Positions 58,053 to 64,000 of a DNA stretch of 64,000 nucleotides are shown in pieces (the first letter of the stretch is position 1; each line of letters opens with the position of its first letter). The position numbers were made by a program, and so were the translations under genes. Below the pieces are notes generated by a model, which saw nothing but the letters and a program-made list of their open reading frames with translations, was not told the origin of the DNA and made no database searches. Source of the stretch: an uncultured Gemmatimonadaceae bacterium (lineage in GTDB: Bacteria > Gemmatimonadota > Gemmatimonadetes > Gemmatimonadales > Gemmatimonadaceae); the NCBI GenBank assembly GCA_963822945.1, contig CAWGJO010000021.1, positions 128,001 through 192,000 on the forward strand. Direction: 5' to 3'.

Positions 58053-59495
58053 ATGATCATCGCTCGAAAGCTCTCGTCAGGCATCGGCCTTTCGCTGCTC
58101 GGCGCGCTGGCGTTAATACATTGTTCGGCTTCCGAGACCACGCCGGCACAGTTGTCCAGCGATGGCGGGATCACCGAAGCCGCAGCGGACACCAGTGTCG
58201 AGTCGTCGATCCCGGAGAGCGGCAGCGACGCGGGCGCCGCGGACGTCAATCCCTTCGACGCCCCGAGCGACGCCGACGCTGGAGCCAGCACGCTCACCCC
58301 CGCCATCTGGAACACCGCATGGGAAGGCAACATACAAAACGCGCGTGTTGCCCTCTCGCCCCAAGGCGACATCGTCGTCGCAGGCGCATTCGGCGCCGGC
58401 ACCCTGAGCACCGGCGTACCGGGTCAGGTGATTTCGACCTTCAGCAACGACTGGTACATCGCCAAGCTGCCGGCCGGCGGTGGCCCGGCGTACTGGTTGC
58501 GCCAGGTGTCATCGACATCGACCGGCCTGGTGTCTGACGTCGCGGTCGGTCCCGATGGCAGCATCTTCGTTGCGGGGATGTTGGGTGGTGGCGCCGCCAA
58601 CGTGGACTACCACGGGATGCCGGGAGCGCCGGCGGGCTCCAACAATCCACCTCTGGCGGTGCTGAAGTTGGATCCCGCGGGCGAATTCGTCTGGGCCCAC
58701 TCCGCCCCGCAAGCGTCGGGTGTCGCCGCTGCCCCGAACGGCGACGTATTCGTGGCGGAATCCGTGGTCGGAGACGCATCGACGACGCTCGCAGCCGCCA
58801 CACGCATCGCGCCGGGGGGAGCCGTAATGGAAACACGCACCTTTGGTGGCTCCGGCACAGGGACGCACGCTGACGACGTCGTAGTCCATTCGTCGGGCGA
58901 CCCAATCTTCACGTTCAGTACGTCGTCGCATGTGGATTTCGGCCAGGGACTGGAAGAAGGCACCGTTACGGTCCGCTTCGATTCCAAGCTCGACACCAAG
59001 TGGTCCACGAGCTGCAAGATATTCGGCACTCAGTCACGCGCCAGGGTGGCCATCTCGACCGACGACCGCGCTGTCGTCGCTGGACAAGGCACACCCAGCT
59101 GCGCGGGCTTCAGCCAAGTGGTTGGCTCACAGAGCTTCTTCCTGGTGTACGACGACTCGGGGCAGCTGAGCTTCACGCACATCTTTCCGGACACGCCCGG
59201 CATCAGCGACCTGGCGGTCGGTCCCGACGGGCGAATCTACGTGACCGGGAACAATAGCTATGCAACCGCTTCCGGCATCTTCATCCGGGGCACTGATTCT
59301 GCTGGCACGAACCCGTTCGCCTGGATCGTACCCGCTTCTTCCCTGCAAAACGACCTGAGGGAACCGGCCCTCGCTTCCGTCGCCCCCGGACAGCTCATCG
59401 TCGTGGCTAAAGGGCACGGCACCATCAATCTCGGCGCGGGGCAACTGCTCGGCTTTGGCATGCATGGGCTGCTCATCGCCCAGGTCGCGCCCTGA
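58053..59495 (+). CDS. SBBP-like beta-propeller lipoprotein
   Basis: Lipobox LIHC; DAG-rich linker; VAV.PDG.IFVAG, KLDPAGEFVWA, LAVGPDGRIYVTG. Confidence 0.78.
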   Translation: MIIARKLSSGIGLSLLGALALIHCSASETTPAQLSSDGGITEAAADTSVESSIPESGSDAGAADVNPFDAPSDADAGASTLTPAIWNTAWEGNIQNARVALSPQGDIVVAGAFGAGTLSTGVPGQVISTFSNDWYIAKLPAGGGPAYWLRQVSSTSTGLVSDVAVGPDGSIFVAGMLGGGAANVDYHGMPGAPAGSNNPPLAVLKLDPAGEFVWAHSAPQASGVAAAPNGDVFVAESVVGDASTTLAAATRIAPGGAVMETRTFGGSGTGTHADDVVVHSSGDPIFTFSTSSHVDFGQGLEEGTVTVRFDSKLDTKWSTSCKIFGTQSRARVAISTDDRAVVAGQGTPSCAGFSQVVGSQSFFLVYDDSGQLSFTHIFPDTPGISDLAVGPDGRIYVTGNNSYATASGIFIRGTDSAGTNPFAWIVPASSLQNDLREPALASVAPGQLIVVAKGHGTINLGAGQLLGFGMHGLLIAQVAP

Positions 59496-59559
59496 CGCGC
59501 GCCGAAAGGACGCGCGCACGACTTGCTCCGCTTCCCGCGGGGCGGGCCCTTTTGCTGGC

Positions 59560-60166
59560 TCAGTCTGCGTCGCAGTAGTTGGGCGCGGCTTTCAGCCATT
59601 CCGTGTCGGGGCAACTTCCGATGACGGTGTAACCGCCACCAGTTTTGGGCCCTGAGGTGCAGGTGCAGCTCAGAGCCGGGTCCGCCGTGCTCGTCGGCGT
59701 GCAGCTCACCTCGAAGGCGGCCGCGCCGTTGCAGGTCGCCGAGCAGTCTCCGTTGCTCGTGACCGAAGAAGAACAATCATACGGACCGCACTCGTTGTAG
59801 GTCTGCAGCGCGGCGTCGCACGCCGGATCGAGCTCGGGCTGACCGTCCACGCACTGCATGGGGTGAACCAAGGTGCAATCGAGAATGGCTTCGAACTCCT
59901 TTTGGCAGCCGTCCTTCAGGGCGCTCGCAGCGGCCTCCGTGGTGTCCGCAACGCAGGACTTGGGCTTGCACGGAAGCTGATCCACGCTCGCGCAGAATCT
60001 GCTCGATCTTCGCCAGCGGGATCGTCGCGCCCCCGCTTCCGCCGCCACCGCCAGTCGCTCCGCTCCCGCCCTGCCCTGCGCCGCCACCGCCGCTCGAAGT
60101 GCCTCCGCACGCCGCGAAGGCGCCCGCGATGATCCCGATACCAACGAGTCGTCCGAGCCAGCCCAT
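59560..60166 (-). CDS. Cys-rich lipoprotein (16 Cys), paralog B (one-base insertion ~59996)
   Basis: MGWLGRL...FAAC; VDQLPCK, CVDGQPELDPAC, LSCTCTSGPK shared with paralog A; 607 nt versus 606 nt. Confidence 0.8.
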
Positions 60167-60296
60167 GCCTGCCTCCCGCCGCTGGCCATGCCACGAAACG
60201 CGCGCGCGAGCCAGGCCGGTTCCCCCGAAGGGGGCGCGGCGGACCACCAAAACACCCGGAGCCCTCCGCCGCGGAAATCGGCTATGTCTGCAGAAC

Positions 60297-60899
60297 GTGA
60301 AATACGCGTTGCTGCTCCTTCCGTGCATTGCTTGTTCTTCTGTTGGTCCGGCGCGGCCACACCCCGTGGCGCCCGCACCGGCGGCGGCTCCGACTCCGGC
60401 TCCCCTGCCGCTGCCAGCGCCGCGGACGGATGGCATGGCGCCGCCACCTTTCACCGCCGATGAAATGCGCGCGGGCACTCCCAGCGGCCGCACCGTGGTG
60501 CTGGAGGAGACCTCACCAGACAGCGGTGAGAAGACGCGGCGCACCATCCTGTACACGAACGTGAACCCCACGGGCGGGGGCGTGCATGTGACTTTCTCGG
60601 ACGCCAGCGGCGCTGCACTCGCCTCCCAGATCACCGCGACCTTCACGTGGGCGCAGCAGGAACGCCAGGTCACTCGCCCGGCGAACGTCACTCGAATCGA
60701 ACAGGCGCGGATAACCGTGCCCGCCGGCACTTTCGACACGCTGCTCTACACCGTGGACGAGCTCCGGGACGACGGCCTGCGCCGGGTGATGAAGGACTGG
60801 TATGCGCGGGAGGTTCCGGGCATCCCGGTCAAGAGCCTGATGACGCTGGATGGCCGCGTCGTGCACGACTCCGTCCTGCTCGAGAATCGCTCGCGCTGA
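60297..60899 (+). CDS. Hypothetical lipoprotein
   Basis: GTG start, lipobox CIAC; PPPFTADEMR; ITVPAGTFD..LY; WYA..VPG.PVK. Confidence 0.65.
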   Translation: MKYALLLLPCIACSSVGPARPHPVAPAPAAAPTPAPLPLPAPRTDGMAPPPFTADEMRAGTPSGRTVVLEETSPDSGEKTRRTILYTNVNPTGGGVHVTFSDASGAALASQITATFTWAQQERQVTRPANVTRIEQARITVPAGTFDTLLYTVDELRDDGLRRVMKDWYAREVPGIPVKSLMTLDGRVVHDSVLLENRSR

Positions 60900-60979
60900 C
60901 TGGTGCCGCGAGGCACAGCCCGCCAATGATGACCGCCCGGCGGCTGCGAATGCGTGCACGCGGGTAGCTCGGCTTCGGC

Positions 60980-62245
60980 GTGCCGTCGATCAGAAACAGG
61001 CCTGCGCATCAAGCTGAACACGCTACGCTGTGTGTAGTGCACACTTCCGAGCACGTCCCGGGCCGAGAGCGCGCTGGGGCACGCTCGCGCGTTGACCAGA
61101 CGCAACCGCGCTCACATGTCGGCGTGCTGGTCGCGATAGTGTTGCTCTGTGCGTGCTCGCGCGCGGCCGAGTCGCGTGTCGAGCCTCTCGTGACCCCACC
61201 GCGGCCCGCCGGGACCGCGCCAATGCCGGTGCCGTCGGCATCGCGGCCGCTGGAGCTCCCCGAGCCCGTGCCCTATCCAACGCTTCGGCCCACGCGCGCG
61301 TTTCGCCGGATCCCGCTGCCAAAAGGTGTCGCCTTCTCCGACATGGCGGGTGCTGGTGACGTTGTTTACCTGCTTTCGGGGAAGAAGATCTACGTCCACG
61401 ACGGAAAGCGCGTGGTCCACCAAGCGGAGCTCTGCCGGGGGGCGACGCAAGATCGATACTGGCTCGAAAGCACCCACCACGGCGTGGTGGCCATAGGCTT
61501 TGGCGAGCACGATTCATACATCGTGGCTCGACTCGAAGCGAACGGCGCCGTGCACTGCGATACCTACTCGCGCACGCCCGACACCAGCCTGTTGCTCGGG
61601 CTGACGCTGCTCTCAAAGCGGTCCGGGTTCACCTTGCCCGCTGACACGCGCCCACTATTCGGCATCCCTCTTCCACCAACCGACAACCCACGCGGGGGCA
61701 TGCTCTTCGCACCCCGGAGAGACTCGATCTGGATCATGGTCTTTCCGCCGTTTGCTGACGATGCCGACTCCCAGGCATTTCACTACTTCCACTTCGACGG
61801 GAAACGCTGGGAGCCGACAAAGATGCCTCCGAGCACCGAGCCGATCTCACCCATCTGGGACATGTGGTCAGATCCCGAGGGCGCGGTCTGGACTATCATC
61901 AACCCATACTTCTTTGGCGTGCTGCATGGCGGTCCACGCCGAGAGACCCACATGTCGCTCGGGAAGTATGACGGTTCCACGTGGACGCTCATGGCCGTCC
62001 CCGAGTACTTTGGCGCGAACCGGTTGACAGGAACCGCCGCGGACGACGTCTGGTTCATCTCGAGAACGGATGTATTCCAGTGGGACGGCGCCCGCTGGCA
62101 CACCGAGAGCTTCGTGGACCGCGAGCCCAACGGTCCCCACGCGAACTTCCAAGGCACGCCGTTCATGGACGCCATGGGCTCGCTCTGGCTCTTGGCAGAC
62201 ACCGAGAAGGGCTGGCAGCTCTTTCGAACGGTTCCGAAAGACTGA
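60980..62245 (+). CDS. Beta-propeller lipoprotein (true start probably ~61124)
   Basis: LCAC lipobox; HFDGKRWE, KYDGSTWT, QWDGARWH blades. Confidence 0.68.
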   Translation: MPSIRNRPAHQAEHATLCVVHTSEHVPGRERAGARSRVDQTQPRSHVGVLVAIVLLCACSRAAESRVEPLVTPPRPAGTAPMPVPSASRPLELPEPVPYPTLRPTRAFRRIPLPKGVAFSDMAGAGDVVYLLSGKKIYVHDGKRVVHQAELCRGATQDRYWLESTHHGVVAIGFGEHDSYIVARLEANGAVHCDTYSRTPDTSLLLGLTLLSKRSGFTLPADTRPLFGIPLPPTDNPRGGMLFAPRRDSIWIMVFPPFADDADSQAFHYFHFDGKRWEPTKMPPSTEPISPIWDMWSDPEGAVWTIINPYFFGVLHGGPRRETHMSLGKYDGSTWTLMAVPEYFGANRLTGTAADDVWFISRTDVFQWDGARWHTESFVDREPNGPHANFQGTPFMDAMGSLWLLADTEKGWQLFRTVPKD

Positions 62246-62285
62246 ACGCCCCCGTGGTTCCGCGCCGGACCAACAAACAAACGAT

Positions 62286-62720
62286 CTAGTGCGAGATCAC
62301 GCACCGCTTGGCTTCGCAGACGGCGGCGTTCGCGGACCAGGCGGCGCACTTCACCTTGCCGCAGCTCATCGCGCAGCGCGCCTTCAGCTCTTCGATCTTG
62401 CCCATCAAGGGCACCACGGCGTGCTCTGGCGCGGCCATGCCACAGGGAGACAGGCAGGGCGCGACGATGCGCATGCAGCGCGTGGCCGGGCCGCAGGTGT
62501 TGTCGAACGTCAGGCGCGTCTGGATTTCCTCGGCCAGAGCGTCGCAGTCCACCGCCGCGGCTTCCGGTGCGGCATCTGCGACGGCCACTTCAGGCGCAGC
62601 CTCCACTCCCGCGTCCTCGGGCTCCGGAGCCGCGACGGGGGCGACAGCCGGCGGAGGCGTTGGGCGCGGCGCCGGGGTGCACGCGCCCACTACGAGGGCC
62701 GCAAGGCCCCAGCGCTTCAC
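62286..62720 (-). CDS. Small Cys-rich lipoprotein translationally coupled to thiC
   Basis: GTG at 62720 overlaps thi[18 protein letters not shown] lipobox; Pro/Ala linker; 10-Cys domain. Confidence 0.7.
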   Translation of the reverse strand: MKRWGLAALVVGACTPAPRPTPPPAVAPVAAPEPEDAGVEAAPEVAVADAAPEAAAVDCDALAEEIQTRLTFDNTCGPATRCMRIVAPCLSPCGMAAPEHAVVPLMGKIEELKARCAMSCGKVKCAAWSANAAVCEAKRCVISH

Positions 62721-64000
62721 GGCGACGCGACGTCCGGCTTCTTGCCGATCTGCACCAGCCGCTCGTTTTGGATCTGCTGAGCCTTGTCCGGATCCACGTA
62801 GTCGCTGTGACAGACGGCCTTGTCGTGATCGCCGCCCACGGCCTTTCGCGTCTTGTTGGCCAGGCGGTGGATCTCCTCCGGCGACAGCACGCCGCGCTTT
62901 TCCAGCGTGGCCTTCTGCTCCGGGCTGAGCGCCGCGCTCTTCAGCACGCGCTCGCGCTCGAAGCCGTCGGCCTTGCCGCTGTGAAACTCCACGATCTCTT
63001 TCGAGATGCGCACGGAGCACCAATCGTGGCCGCACATGGCGCAAAAGTCCGTGTCCACGTCCATGTCTTCGTCGTGCAGCGCCCGCGCGTAGTCGGTATC
63101 GAAGGCCAGATCGAAGTGCTTCTCCCAGTTGAGCGCCGCACGGGCCTTGGTCAGGTCGTCGTCCCAATCGCGCGTGCCCGGAATGCCCAGCGCCACGTCC
63201 GCCGCGTGGGCGGCGATCTTGTAGGCGATGCAGCCTTGCTTCACGTCGTCCCGCTTGGGCAGCCCCACGTGCTCCTTGGGCGTGACGTAACAGAGCATGC
63301 TGGCGCCGTGGTACGCCGCCGCCGTCGCGCCGATGCAGCTCGTGATGTGGTCGTAGCCGGGGAACACGTCCGTCACCAGCGGCCCGAGCACGTAGAACGG
63401 CGCGCCGTGGCACAGGCGCCGCTCGAGCTTCATGTTGTATTCGATCTGATCGAAGGGCACGTGGCCCGGCCCCTCGATCATGACCTGCACGCCCTTCTTC
63501 CACGCGCGCTCGGTCAGCTCGCCCAGGGTGGACAGCTCCTCGAGCTGCGCCTGGTCCGTCGCGTCCGCCAGGCCCCCGGGGCGCAGGCCGTCACCCAAGG
63601 AGAACGAGACGTCGTACTCGCGCATCACGTCGCAGATGTCCTCGAACAGGGTGTACATGGGGTTCTCGGCCTTGTGGGTGAGCATCCACTTGGCCAACAG
63701 CGAGCCGCCCCGGCTCACGATGCCGATCAAGCGCTTCTGCACCAGCGGCAAGTGTGCGCGCAGCACGCCGGCGTGGATCGTGAAGTAGTCCACGCCCTGC
63801 TTCGCCTGGTGGCGCAGGGTGTCGAGGATGACTTCCTTGGTCAGCTCCTCGATCTTGCGCCCGATGATCATCGAGTAGATGGGCACCGTGCCGATGGGAG
63901 CATTGGACGCGCGGATGATGGCGTCCCGACAGGCGTCCAAATCGCCACCGGTGGACAGATCCATCACCGTGTCCGCGCCCCAGCGCACGGACCAGCGCAT
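62717..64000 (-). CDS. thiC: Phosphomethylpyrimidine synthase, 5'-partial
   Basis: [61 protein letters not shown]...C. Confidence 0.97.
   Translation of the reverse strand: MRWSVRWGADTVMDLSTGGDLDACRDAIIRASNAPIGTVPIYSMIIGRKIEELTKEVILDTLRHQAKQGVDYFTIHAGVLRAHLPLVQKRLIGIVSRGGSLLAKWMLTHKAENPMYTLFEDICDVMREYDVSFSLGDGLRPGGLADATDQAQLEELSTLGELTERAWKKGVQVMIEGPGHVPFDQIEYNMKLERRLCHGAPFYVLGPLVTDVFPGYDHITSCIGATAAAYHGASMLCYVTPKEHVGLPKRDDVKQGCIAYKIAAHAADVALGIPGTRDWDDDLTKARAALNWEKHFDLAFDTDYARALHDEDMDVDTDFCAMCGHDWCSVRISKEIVEFHSGKADGFERERVLKSAALSPEQKATLEKRGVLSPEEIHRLANKTRKAVGGDHDKAVCHSDYVDPDKAQQIQNERLVQIGKKPDVASP

Overview
High-GC 64-kb window that appears to be two unrelated segments joined at about 15.93 kb. 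Left segment (1-15.9 kb): a Wzx/Wzy-type surface polysaccharide cluster with an unusually large set of amide-bond and tailoring enzymes. These are AsnB amidotransferase, NodB deacetylase, CapA-family protein, ATP-grasp ligase, flippase, a heavily frameshifted single-module NRPS (C-A-T-TE, glycine-type code, Cys-nucleophile TE), GT4, O-antigen ligase/polymerase and a truncated FemAB-like GNAT. Right segment (16-64 kb): gene content typical of Myxococcota (Polyangiaceae-like, by inference). It carries many Cys-rich or Gly-linker lipoproteins, czcCBA with a CxxC/RPP leader ORF, cysK, an adenylate cyclase-YHS fusion and a CsgG-like gene pair bracketed by twin sigma54-driven small membrane genes. 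It also has an ECF sigma/anti-sigma module with a visible self-promoter motif, two MarR regulators with palindromic operators, a LuxR pair, a PEGA/MopE/Ser-Thr kinase operon and a partial thiC. Many genes carry single-base indels, most likely long-read errors. No rRNA, tRNA, CRISPR array or transposase was recognised.
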